A stretch of DNA of 64,000 nucleotides from an uncultured Candidatus Rokubacteria bacterium (GCA_963762145.1 CAVXJS010000010.1:260203-324202), one strand, 5' to 3'; positions 52,168 through 60,595 are shown, counted from the first letter of the stretch. Numbers and translations: made by a program. Notes: generated by a model not told the origin, from the letters alone.

Positions 52168-53139
52168 ATGAGCTCGTTCCCGACCCTGCAGGCACCGCTC
52201 GTCACGATCCGGTCGGCGACGGCAGCCGATCATGACGCGTTGCAGGCCCTCGAGGGTGCCGCCCCGGACTCGCGGGCGAGCCTGCTCCAGGCCCGGCGGA
52301 ACTTCTTCTCCCGGATGGCCGCCTACGACCGTACCCATGTCCTGGTCGCCGAGCAGGAGGGCCGGGTGGTCGGGGTCCAGTGCCTGGCCCTGACTCCCGT
52401 GCGGGTGGCGGGTCAGCCCTGCGCGGCCGGGTACTCGTTCAATACCCGCGTCGCGCCCGCCCACCAGACCCGGGGCCTCGGCACCCGGCTCATGAAGGCC
52501 GGAGCCGAGTGGCTCGAGCGCCAGGGCTGTCGCTATGTCACGGGCCTCATCGGCATCTCCAACACCGCGTCAATGAAGATGGTTGGGGCGCTGGGCTGGG
52601 AGACCGCGGGGCGCTTCGACTATCTGATCCTGGATCTGGCCCGGTTCGAGCCCGACCCGGCCGTGCGCATCCGGAAGGTGGATGCGCTCGGGGATCCGGC
52701 CCATGCCGCGTGGCGGTTCGGGGAGGTCTCGCTCCACCACTTCGTACCGCGGTACCTGGTCTCGGAGCTCTTCACGCCGTACCCCAAGGGCGCCTACATG
52801 GGGAGCTTGACCGCGTTCGGACCCGGGGGTAGCGCCTGGGTCTCCCTCTGGGACGACCGGGTCCGGCGTGGCCTGGATCCGGAGGTGGTCCGGGCGGTCA
52901 AGGCCTATGACGTGACCCTCAAGGGGGTGGGGGGCTTCCGCGCCTTCTCGGGCATCGCCAATACCCTCCGGGAGGCGGGTCTCGATCATGTCCTGATGCC
53001 GCTCCCGCACGATCCCGCGATGCGGGAGGTCCTGGAGCCCTACGCGGCGGAGATCCTGGAGTTCAATTTCGTCATCAAGCGACTGAACGGCGCGGGGCCC
53101 CTCCCCCCGGGCCCCATCTACTTCGACATCCGGCACTGA
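52168..53139 (+). CDS. GNAT-family N-acetyltransferase with extra C-terminal domain
   Basis: ..VLVAEQEGRVVGVQC.. and ..RVAPAHQTRGLGTRLMKAGAEWLERQG.. (acetyl-CoA binding Q/RxxGxG/A), followed by about 170 unassigned residues. Confidence 0.7.
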   Translation: MSSFPTLQAPLVTIRSATAADHDALQALEGAAPDSRASLLQARRNFFSRMAAYDRTHVLVAEQEGRVVGVQCLALTPVRVAGQPCAAGYSFNTRVAPAHQTRGLGTRLMKAGAEWLERQGCRYVTGLIGISNTASMKMVGALGWETAGRFDYLILDLARFEPDPAVRIRKVDALGDPAHAAWRFGEVSLHHFVPRYLVSELFTPYPKGAYMGSLTAFGPGGSAWVSLWDDRVRRGLDPEVVRAVKAYDVTLKGVGGFRAFSGIANTLREAGLDHVLMPLPHDPAMREVLEPYAAEILEFNFVIKRLNGAGPLPPGPIYFDIRH

Positions 53140-53417
53140 GCCGGTCGCCGGTTGCCGGCGCTGCGTTCCGCTGCCCGGACGCCTCTGGTACACTGAAGCG
53201 CCGTCATGGAGGCAAGCTTCGTCGTCCCGGGCCCCCTGGACGTGGCCGGGACGCTCTCCCGGTTCCACCTCTGGGTCGGAGACCCGGCCAACCGATTCGC
53301 CGACCCTGTCGCCCTCCCGGCGCCGGGACGCCCAGTGGTTTCCGGTCCGTCGTGTGGACCGGGGCGTGCGATGAGTGAGCCGGCGGTGCGCCGCCGCGCT
53401 GCTGCAGGAGGTGGGGC

Positions 53418-53750
53418 GTGACGCCGCTCGGGAAGTTCCTCCCCATCGTCGGCCAGCCCGATCCGGCCAAGCCGAAGGACGTGCACCTGGTCGGCCGGTA
53501 CGCGCTCGGCGTCACCTGGGCGGACGATCACGGCAGCATCTATCCATTCGATCGGCTCCGGCTGGACGATCCCGCGGGCGGCGAGGTCGACCAAGCGGCC
53601 GCGCTCACCCAGGAGATGACGTGGCCGAAGGAGATCAAGAAGCTCCCGGATACGCTGCGGGTGCTGTGGCTGGACGGCCGCGAGAGCCTCTACCCGTACT
53701 CCACGCTCCGCGCGCTCTGCCGGTGCGCGGGCTGCACGGGTGGCCACTGA
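53418..53750 (+). CDS. DUF971-domain protein
   Basis: ..LVGRYALGVTWADDHGSIYPFDRLR.. and ..LWLDGRESLYPYSTLRALCRCAGC.. as in DUF971 (gamma-butyrobetaine-hydroxylase N-terminal-like) proteins. Confidence 0.7.
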   Translation: MTPLGKFLPIVGQPDPAKPKDVHLVGRYALGVTWADDHGSIYPFDRLRLDDPAGGEVDQAAALTQEMTWPKEIKKLPDTLRVLWLDGRESLYPYSTLRALCRCAGCTGGH

Positions 53751-55198
53751 TGAGCGGGGAGCTGGACGTGGCGACGCGCCGAGGGCTGGTGCTGAGCGGC
53801 GTGATGGCCGCCGTGTTCCTGGCCGCGATGGAATCCACCGTGGTGGCCACCGCGATGCCCACCGTGATCGCCAGCCTGGGTGGCATCCGGATCTACTCGT
53901 GGACGTTCTCCGCGTTTCTCCTGACCTCCACCGTGACGATGCCGATCTGGGGCCGGCTCGCCGATCAGATCGGCCGGCGGCCCGCGTACCTGGCCGGGCT
54001 CGCGCTCTTCCTCCTCGGCTCGGCCCTCGCGGGGCTGTCACGCAGCATGGAGCAGCTCATCGCGTTCCGCGCGCTGCAGGGACTGGGGGCGGGGTCCCTG
54101 ATCTCGATCGGCATGACCATCGTCGGCGACCTCTACGGGGTCGAGCGGCGGGCGAAGATGCAGGGCTACTTCTCGAGCGTCTGGGGCGTCGCGTCCCTGG
54201 TCGGGCCGCTCGTGGGCGGTCTGCTCACGGATCGCGTGTCCTGGCGCTGGGTCTTCTACATCAACATTCCGTTCGGCCTGCTCGCCGCGGTGGCCATCGC
54301 GATCGGGCCTGCGCGATGAGCGCCGGGATCGGCCGCGCGGGTCATTCGACCTGCTCGGCATGAGCGTGTTCGCGGCCGCGATCTCGGCCCTGCTGGTGGG
54401 CCTGGTCGAGATCGGGGCGGGCGATCCCCGTCGGACGACCGGGACTCGCGCTGCTCGTGCTCTCCGCGGTGCTGCTCGTGCTGTTCGTTCTCTTCGAGCG
54501 CCAGGTGGCCGATCCGGTGATCCCGCTCCGTCTCTTCGCCAATCCGGTCCTGCGCGCGGCCGCGGTCACCGGCTTGCTCTCCGGGATGGCCATGTTCGGC
54601 GCGCTCACCTACGTGCCGCTCTACCTGCAGGCCGTCACCGGCAGCACTGCGACCCAGGCCGGCTGGGTGCTGATGCCGTTCGTGCTGGGCTGGGTGGTCT
54701 TCTCGGTGGTGGGCGCCCGGCTCGTGATGCGCGTGGGCTACCGGCGCGTCGTCCTGGCCGGGATGACCGCGCTCGTGCTCGCCTTCGTCTTGCTCGCGGG
54801 CTGGGACGAATCGCTCACGCGGCTCACCGCGGCCCGTGACATCACGCTCGCGGGCGTCGGCATGGGGCTGGTCTTCGTGCCGATGCTGATCGCGGTGCAG
54901 AACTCGGTGCCGCGATCCCTGCTGGGGTCGGCCACCTCGCTGACCGGATTCTTCCGGACGGTGGGCGGCGCGCTGGGGGTCACGGTGATGGGGGCGGCGA
55001 TGACCCACCGGCTCGAGCGGGCCCTCGATGGGGTCGTGGCGACCGCGCCGGTCGAGCTGCAGGAGCCCCTGCGCTGGCTGGCCGCCCATCCGGATCTCGC
55101 GGTCAACCCGATCACCCGGGCGACACTCGGCGAGGCCCTGCTGGGCCAGATGCGCCCGGTGCTGGCTCACGCGATCGGCGGGGTGTTCGTGGTCGGCC
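53750..55198 (+). pseudogene. MFS transporter (DHA2/EmrB-like), at least 3 frameshifts, extreme 3' end missing
   Basis: ..AAMESTVVATAMPTVIASLGG..PIWGRLADQIGRRP..FRALQGLGAG... Later TM segments lie in two other frames. Recognisable sequence stops inside the last TM (..AIGGVFVVGL) at about 55198. Confidence 0.75.
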
Positions 55199-55199
55199 T

Positions 55200-55532
55200 G
55201 TCCAGAAGAACAAGTACGGGCTGCCGGCGGTCACGCTCCGGGTCTTCAACGTCCTGAACGTGGACGCCTACCGGCTGCTCGACCACGCGGAAATGCTGGC
55301 GTTCCTGGGCGAGGCGGGGCTCGAATCGGTGCCCCAGCTCGGGACGCTGGTGCTGAACCACACGGTGGACGAGCTGGTGGCCTTCTCCGAAGGGACGAGC
55401 GTGCTCAACCCGAAGGTCCAGCGGGAAGGCGTGGTGCTTCGCCCGCTCGCGGAGGAGTATGACGAGGACATCGGCGGCCGGCTGAGCTTCAAGGCGATCA
55501 ATCCGAAGTTCCTGCTGAAGTACGACGAGTAG
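55200..55532 (+). pseudogene. ATP-dependent RNA ligase family, C-terminal fragment only (about 110 aa)
   Basis: The frame reads VQKNKYGLPAVTLRVFNVLNVDAYRLLDHAEMLAFL..VPQLG..SVLNPKVQREGVVLRP..GGRLSFKAINPKFLLKY. This resembles the C-terminal third of DRB0094/Rnl5-like RNA ligases as I recall them. No N-terminal adenylyltransferase motifs are present upstream. Confidence 0.55.
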
Positions 55533-55610
55533 GCGGGCGGCTGCGTGGCGAGGGTCAGGTCCTCGCCACCGCCCGAACCACGAAGATCGGCAACGCGATA
55601 TCGGGTCCCC

Positions 55611-56513
55611 ATGAGCACCCTGCAACGCCTGACAGACCGTGGCCTGATCCGGCCGCCGCGATGGCTGCCCGGGAACGTCCAGTACGAGACGATCATGGGC
55701 TCGGTGGCCTACGGGGTGTCCTCGGATACGAGCGACGTCGACGTCTACGGCTGGGCGATCCCGCCGAAGGAGGACATCTTCCCCCACCTCCGGGGCGAGG
55801 TCCCCGGCTTCGGGCGCCAGGCGAAGCGGTTCGAGCAGTTCCAGGAGCACCATATCCAGGACCGGGACGCCCTCGCCGGGCACGGCCGGAGCTACGACCT
55901 GGCGATCTTCGGCATCGTCAAGTTCTTCGCCCTGGCGATGGAGAACAACCCGAACATCATCGACTCCCTCTTCACGCCCACGACCTGCGTCCTGCACAGC
56001 ACTCGGGTGGGCAACCTCGTGCGGGAGAACCGGCGGCTGTTCCTGCACAAGGGGGCCTGGCCGAAGTTCAAGGGGTACGCCTACAGCCAGCTGCACAAGC
56101 TGGCGATCAAGGAGCCGCAGGGCAAGCGGGCCGAGCTGGTCGCCGAGCACGGCTTCGACACCAAGTTCGGCTACCACGTCGTCCGGCTCATCGGCGAGGT
56201 GGAGCAGATCCTGATGGAAGGCGACATCGACCTCCAGCGCAATAACGAGCAGCTCAAGGCGATCCGCCGGGGTGAATGGACCGAGGAGCGTCTGCGTCAG
56301 TGGTTCGCGGACAAGGAGGCGGACCTCGAGCGCGTGTTCGCCGAGAGCACGCTCCGGGCCGTGCCGGACGAGGCGGGGCTGCGAGCCCTGCTCCTGAACT
56401 GCCTGGAGGAGCATTACGGCAGCCTCGAGGGATGCGTCGTGGACCCCGATCGGGCGGTCGTCGCCCTGCGGAACATCCAGGCCGAGCTGGAACGGGTGAA
56501 GGACCTGCTATGA
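55611..56513 (+). CDS. Pol-beta-superfamily nucleotidyltransferase, PF10127 (Nuc-transf/RlaP) type, paralog 1
   Basis: ..YETIMGSVAYGVSSDTSDVDVYGWAIPP.. (GS-x-D-x-D NTase motif), ..KFFALAMENNPNIIDSLF.., ..AYSQLHKL... Confidence 0.7.
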   Translation: MSTLQRLTDRGLIRPPRWLPGNVQYETIMGSVAYGVSSDTSDVDVYGWAIPPKEDIFPHLRGEVPGFGRQAKRFEQFQEHHIQDRDALAGHGRSYDLAIFGIVKFFALAMENNPNIIDSLFTPTTCVLHSTRVGNLVRENRRLFLHKGAWPKFKGYAYSQLHKLAIKEPQGKRAELVAEHGFDTKFGYHVVRLIGEVEQILMEGDIDLQRNNEQLKAIRRGEWTEERLRQWFADKEADLERVFAESTLRAVPDEAGLRALLLNCLEEHYGSLEGCVVDPDRAVVALRNIQAELERVKDLL

Positions 56514-57287
56514 GCGAGGACCGGACCGTGGACGTCGATGAACGGCTCAGGCAGGAGGTCGCCCGCCACCCGTACCCGCTGGTCTTCGCCACGATCAGCG
56601 GGGCGCACCTCTACGGCTTCCCGTCGCCCGACTCGGACTACGACCTGCGGGGCTGCCACGTCCTGCCGGCGCGGGAGGTGGTCGGCCTCGACGTCGGGCC
56701 GGAGACGATCGAGTCCTCGAAGGACGAGGACGGGCTCGAGCTCGACCTGGTCACGCACGACGCCCGGAAGTTCTTCGGCCTGATGCTGAGGAAGAACGGC
56801 TACGTGCTGGAGCAGCTGTACTCGCCGCTCGTGGTCCACACCACGCCCGAGCACGAGGAGCTGAAGGCGATCGCCCGCGGGCTGCGTCACGAGGTACCAA
56901 GCCCACCACTACTTCGGGTTCGCCGAGACGCAGTGGAGGCTGTTCGACAAGGAGCGGCCCCGGCGGGTCAAGCCGCTGCTCTACGTCTACCGGGTTCTCC
57001 TCACGGGCATCCACCTGATGCGAACGGGCGAGGTCGAGGCGAACCTCGTGCGGCTCAACGTGGAGGCCCGGCTCTCGCACGTCGATGACCTCATCGCCCG
57101 GAAGATCGCCGGGCCCGAGAAGTCGGCCCTCGACGATGCCGACGTGGCGTTCCACCGACGGGAGTACGAGCGGCTCAGGGCCGAGCTGGAGGCGGCCCAT
57201 CAGTCCAGTTTGCTGCCCGAGACGCCGACCGCCCGGCCGGCCCTGAATGACCTGCTCGTGCGGATGCGGATGCGAACGGCGGGGTGA
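56510..57287 (+). pseudogene. Pol-beta-superfamily nucleotidyltransferase, PF10127 (RlaP) type, paralog 2, one frameshift near 56880
   Basis: ..LVFATISGAHLYGFPSPDSDYDLRGCHVLP.., ..KFFGLMLRKNGYVLEQLYSPL... After a frame switch: ..QAHHYFGFAETQWRLFDKE..KPLLYVYRVLLTGIHLM... The ATG overlaps the paralog 1 stop. Confidence 0.7.
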
Positions 57288-57394
57288 GCGGCTTCGCCCG
57301 CCGCCAGGTCTGCGGCCATCGGTTGTTATCCGGCCCCCAATCGGTCACGATGATCGCTCCACTTACAGTTGTCGAAGGCGCGAGATCGTGACCG

Positions 57395-58369
57395 ATGAAG
57401 AACGTGGGTTGGCTCTTCCTGGCGGTCCTCATCGCGTATGGCTGCGCCGTGGTCGCGCCGCTCCTGCGATACCGGCTTCGGGGTGGGGTCGGCGCCTTCG
57501 TCGGCTGGTGCTTCGTGCCGATGATCCTCGCCTGCCCATTGCTCATCCCGTCCGCGAACGTCGGGCTGCGGGCCGCGTCCGCCTTCGCATCGGGCGACAT
57601 CACCTTCAAGATGGTCGACTACTTTCGCCATTGGGGCCACGTGGACCGGAGCATCGTCCTTCGCGAGTACTACCGCTTCCTGATCCCGTTCCCGGTCCTC
57701 TCCGCCGTCTATCCCGATCACAAGCGCCGGTTGCTGCGTCCGGAGAGCCCCTGGCCGCAGGTCCTGCGCCTCTTCGGTGGGATCGTCGGTGTCACCATGG
57801 CCCTCCTGGCGGTGAGGACTCTCTCCGGCATCGCCCAGGTCCGATCGAGCTTCGCGTTGAACCATGCCGTGATGTTGCCGACCTTCGTGCTCGCGATCGA
57901 ATCGCTCTCGCGGGCGCTCTGCGGGCTCGAACGCCTGGCGGGATTCGACACGACTCCGATCATCCGAAACGCCTACCTGTCGCGGACCGTCTCCGAGTTC
58001 TGGCGACGGTACAACGACCGGATCCATGACTGGCTCTACCGCAACGTCTTCCAGGCGACCGGAGGCCGACGCGCCCCGGTCCGTTCCGTGCTGCTGGTGT
58101 TCCTGGTCAGCGGCCTGTTTCACGAGGTGATGTTCGCGCTGGCGACCTCGCGACTGACCGGCTATCAGCTCGCGTTCTTCGCGATCCAGGGCCCGGCGGC
58201 GCTGGCCTCGGGACGCCTCGAGCGCCTGGCCAGGCGAGGCGGGATCGCGGGCAAGATCGCGGCCCACGGGGCCACGATCCTCTTCGTCGCCGTCACGTCC
58301 GTCCTCTTCTTCGACGGGGTCGGCAAGATCTTCCCCTTCATCTATGCCAGCCAGTCGCCGCTGCCGTAG
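57395..58369 (+). CDS. MBOAT_2 / wax-synthase-like membrane acyltransferase
   Basis: 324-aa polytopic ORF with ..VSEFWRRYNDRIHDWLYRNVF.. and ..GLFHEVMF.. (conserved His). Codon third positions are visibly less GC-rich than in core genes. Confidence 0.55.
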   Translation: MKNVGWLFLAVLIAYGCAVVAPLLRYRLRGGVGAFVGWCFVPMILACPLLIPSANVGLRAASAFASGDITFKMVDYFRHWGHVDRSIVLREYYRFLIPFPVLSAVYPDHKRRLLRPESPWPQVLRLFGGIVGVTMALLAVRTLSGIAQVRSSFALNHAVMLPTFVLAIESLSRALCGLERLAGFDTTPIIRNAYLSRTVSEFWRRYNDRIHDWLYRNVFQATGGRRAPVRSVLLVFLVSGLFHEVMFALATSRLTGYQLAFFAIQGPAALASGRLERLARRGGIAGKIAAHGATILFVAVTSVLFFDGVGKIFPFIYASQSPLP

Positions 58370-58540
58370 GACGCGTTCCCCAGGTGTCCGTTCAGTGACA
58401 CCACGTCGCTCGTGAGTGTCCTTCGCCAAACGGATAGCGATTGGTGCTTGCGTGCAAAAGTTGGTGGGGTGGCTGCTACAGGAAGGCGAACCGTGAAGCA
58501 GGGCCCACCAGGGCGAATAGCCGGATGAGTCCGATAGCGG

Positions 58541-59133
58541 CTAACCACGGATGGCCTGGATCGCTCGTCCGCTTGCCAGCCGGACCACCACGTCCTTGTC
58601 CTCGAGCGCCGCGGTGAGGGCCGGGACGGCTCCCTGGCGTCCGGGCCAATCCGGCCCAGCGCCCCGCGCTGGCGCAGCGGACATTCCCTGCTCGTCCTTG
58701 AGCGCCGCGGTGAGGGCCGGCACGGCCTCCCTGGCATCCGGGCCGATCCGGCCCAGCGCCTCCGGCTCTCGCCAGCGTCCCAAGCGCCTCGGTGAGGGCC
58801 GGCACGGCCTCCTTGGCCTCCGGGCCAGATCTCTGTCCGCGCCCGAGGCATCGAGCCCGACGACCGGCATCGCGGCATCCGGCCTACCGCGTCCCTGAGC
58901 GGTGCGATGAGGGCCGGCACGGCCTCCCTGGCATCCGGGCCGATCCTGCCCAGCGCCTCAGCGGACTACCCGGACCTCGTCCTTGAGCGCCGCGATGAGG
59001 GCCGGCACGGCCTCCCTGGCAGCCGGGCCGATCCGAGCCCAGCGCGTGCGCGGCATTGCCTGCAGCGGACACTCGAATCCCCGTCCTTGAGGCCCGCGAT
59101 GAGGCCTTCGACTCGTTCCTGCAAATCGGACAT
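58541..59133 (-). pseudogene. HEAT (PBS-lyase-type) repeat protein, decayed or mis-assembled
   Basis: ATG at 59133 with a GGGAG RBS (MSDLQERVEGLIAGLKDGDSSVR..). AVPALTAALKDE.. / ..ALGRIGPDAREAVPAL.. units are spread over all three frames. The DNA repeat starts are spaced 96, 82, 115, 88 and 104 bp. Confidence 0.6.
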
Positions 59134-59865
59134 GACAACTCCCAGATTAAATACCCGGGGCGGTGGGGGAGAACACCTCCCTCGGCACCGCCTCCGCCGC
59201 GGGCGGTCGATGGACCGCCGGCGACGGAAGCGACGCCGTGAAAACCCTTGCCTCGCGTAGCAGCGCAGCCCGGGCCGGGGCCCCGGGGGGCCTCCGCGAG
59301 GGCAGCGCATCATCTATATATAGAAATCAGACCCGAGATTGAGAGGGCAAAGAGCGGGGTCTCGAAGAGACTGGAACGGTGGAGAGTGAAATCTAGTGAA
59401 ATTATTGCGACATGTCAATATCGCCGGAATTTGGCTGCTTCAGGACGGACGTGCGGGAGCAGGGACCCGGCCAGGGGAACAATTGCATCCTCCGGTCCGG
59501 GCGAAGACGGGTGACGACCCGGAAGAATCCCCGACCGGGATCGGCCCGAGGCCCTTCCGGAACAAGTCTCGAATCGGCGCGAACATCTTCGGCGACTCCT
59601 GCGTCTACAGTGGCATGCAAGGCAAGGCGATGGCCCATGTGAGCGGCCTCGCCGAAGCGGCTCGAGGCACCGAAACGACCGAGGTCACGATGTTTGCCGT
59701 GTGGACCAGTCACCCCTGTAAGCGATCCGGAGCGGGTCGTCTCGCCGGTCAACCGGCGTATTCGCTGCCCGTCCCTCCGCTGCGCCTGTGACGCCCCGGC
59801 CGACGCAACCTCGACGGTTCGCCCCGGGCCCGGCGTCATGAGACAGCCGGGCCTCTTCGTTGGAT

Positions 59866-59937
59866 GGGCCGGTAGCTGAGACGGTGTAGCGGCGGCCTGA
59901 AGAGCCGCAGACGTGGATTCGAGCGCCACCCGGCCCA
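59866..59937 (+). tRNA. tRNA-Phe (GAA), no CCA
   Basis: gggccgg ta gctg agacggtg tagc g gcggc ctGAAga gccgc agac gtgga ttcgagc gccac ccggccc a. It has a 4-nt variable loop and one A.G mismatch in the T stem. Confidence 0.7.
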
Positions 59938-59949
59938 CTCTCAAAGAAT

Positions 59950-60022
59950 GGCTCGTTCGTCTATCGGCCGAGGATACCGCCCTTTCAAGGCGAAGAGGTG
60001 GGTTCGATTCCCACACGGGCTA
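59950..60022 (+). tRNA. tRNA-Glu (UUC), no CCA
   Basis: ggctcgt tc gtct atcggccga ggat a ccgcc ctTTCaa ggcga agag gtggg ttcgatt cccac acgggct a. It closely resembles the classical bacterial tRNA-Glu body and has two G.U pairs in the acceptor. Confidence 0.75.
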
Positions 60023-60036
60023 CTCGCAGGAACGAT

Positions 60037-60110
60037 CAGGGCGTGGGAAAGCCTGGCAATCCGCAAGCTCGGGGGGCTTGAGACCGCCGGTTCGAATCCG
60101 GCCGCCCTGA
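60037..60110 (+). tRNA. tRNA-Pro (GGG as drawn; CGG if one G of the G6 run is spurious), no CCA
   Basis: cagggcg tg ggaa agcctggca atcc g caagc tcGGGgg gcttg agacc gccgg ttcgaat ccggc cgccctg a. Position 33 is C instead of U, and there is an A.A pair in the D stem. Confidence 0.6.
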
Positions 60111-60188
60111 CTCACAGACAGAACTCGTAGCGAGGACCGAGGCGATGGTCTGGATCAAACGCATACCCCGGCACGAGGTCTCCCGACC

Positions 60189-60259
60189 GGGGTCGTGGTG
60201 TAGCGGCAGCATGTCGGCCTTTTAAGCCGGTCGGCGGGGTTGAAATCCCTCCGGCCCCA
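60189..60259 (+). tRNA. tRNA-Lys (UUU), no CCA
   Basis: ggggtcg tg gtgt agcggca gcat g tcggc ctTTTaa gccgg tcgg cgggg ttgaaat ccctc cggcccc a. The T loop is TTG instead of TTC, and the first T-stem pair is mismatched. Confidence 0.6.
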
Positions 60260-60331
60260 TGGCGCCTCGCTCAACGGGAGAGCGCTCGCCTTATAAGCGA
60301 ACGACGAGGGGTTCAACTCCCCCGGCGCCGA
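60260..60331 (+). tRNA. tRNA-Ile (UAU), no CCA
   Basis: tggcgcc tc gctc aacggga gagc g ctcgc ctTATaa gcgaa cgacg agggg ttcaact ccccc ggcgccg a. It starts 0-1 nt after the preceding tRNA and has a U1.G72 pair. Confidence 0.6.
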
Positions 60332-60354
60332 CCAACGGGAGAAGCAAACAGAGG

Positions 60355-60425
60355 CGGCCTGTCGTTCAACGGGAGAACACCCGGCTGATAACCGGGCGGC
60401 GGAGGTTCGACTCCTCCCTGGCCGA
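60355..60425 (+). tRNA. tRNA-Ile (GAU), no CCA
   Basis: cggcctg tc gttc aacggga gaac a cccgg ctGATaa ccggg cggc ggagg ttcgact cctcc ctggccg a. It has the same D loop as the UAU species and one U.U mismatch in the acceptor. Confidence 0.65.
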
Positions 60426-60440
60426 CTCGCGATGGCTATC

Positions 60441-60513
60441 GGGACTGAAGTTCTAGCGGCAGAACGTCCGGCTCTTAACCGGTTCGGTGAGGGTTCGAGC
60501 CCCTCCGGTCCCA
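60441..60513 (+). tRNA. tRNA-Lys (CUU), no CCA
   Basis: gggactg aa gttc tagcggca gaac g tccgg ctCTTaa ccggt tcggt gaggg ttcgagc ccctc cggtccc a. Position 8 is A instead of U. Confidence 0.65.
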
Positions 60514-60523
60514 CTCCGATGCT

Positions 60524-60595
60524 GCACTGGTCGTCTAGCGGCGAAGATTCCGCCCTCGTAAGGCGGGGACGTGGGTTCGAGTCCCACCCGGTGCT
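60524..60595 (+). tRNA. tRNA-Thr (CGU), no CCA
   Basis: gcactgg tc gtct agcggcga agat t ccgcc ctCGTaa ggcgg ggac gtggg ttcgagt cccac ccggtgc t. All stems pair. The D arm, anticodon stem and T arm are near-identical to the Glu gene at 59950. Confidence 0.75.

Noticed and set aside
48470-52171. Single 1233-aa ORF spanning the whole permease region
   Set aside because: It is a GC-bias read-through. Only its first ~260 codons and the stretch from 50285 to about 51490 are real coding frame. The region resolves into two KimA-like genes, each with one frameshift.
58560-59110. Tandem repeats as a possible CRISPR array
   Set aside because: The repeats are about 90-100 bp coding HEAT units with divergent copies and no short unique spacers. 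No cas genes are nearby.
59402-60016. 204-aa minus-strand ORF and 131-aa plus-strand ORF (59396..59791) near the tRNA array
   Set aside because: There are no recognisable motifs. The minus-strand ORF runs through two tRNA genes. Both were treated as non-coding or unresolved.
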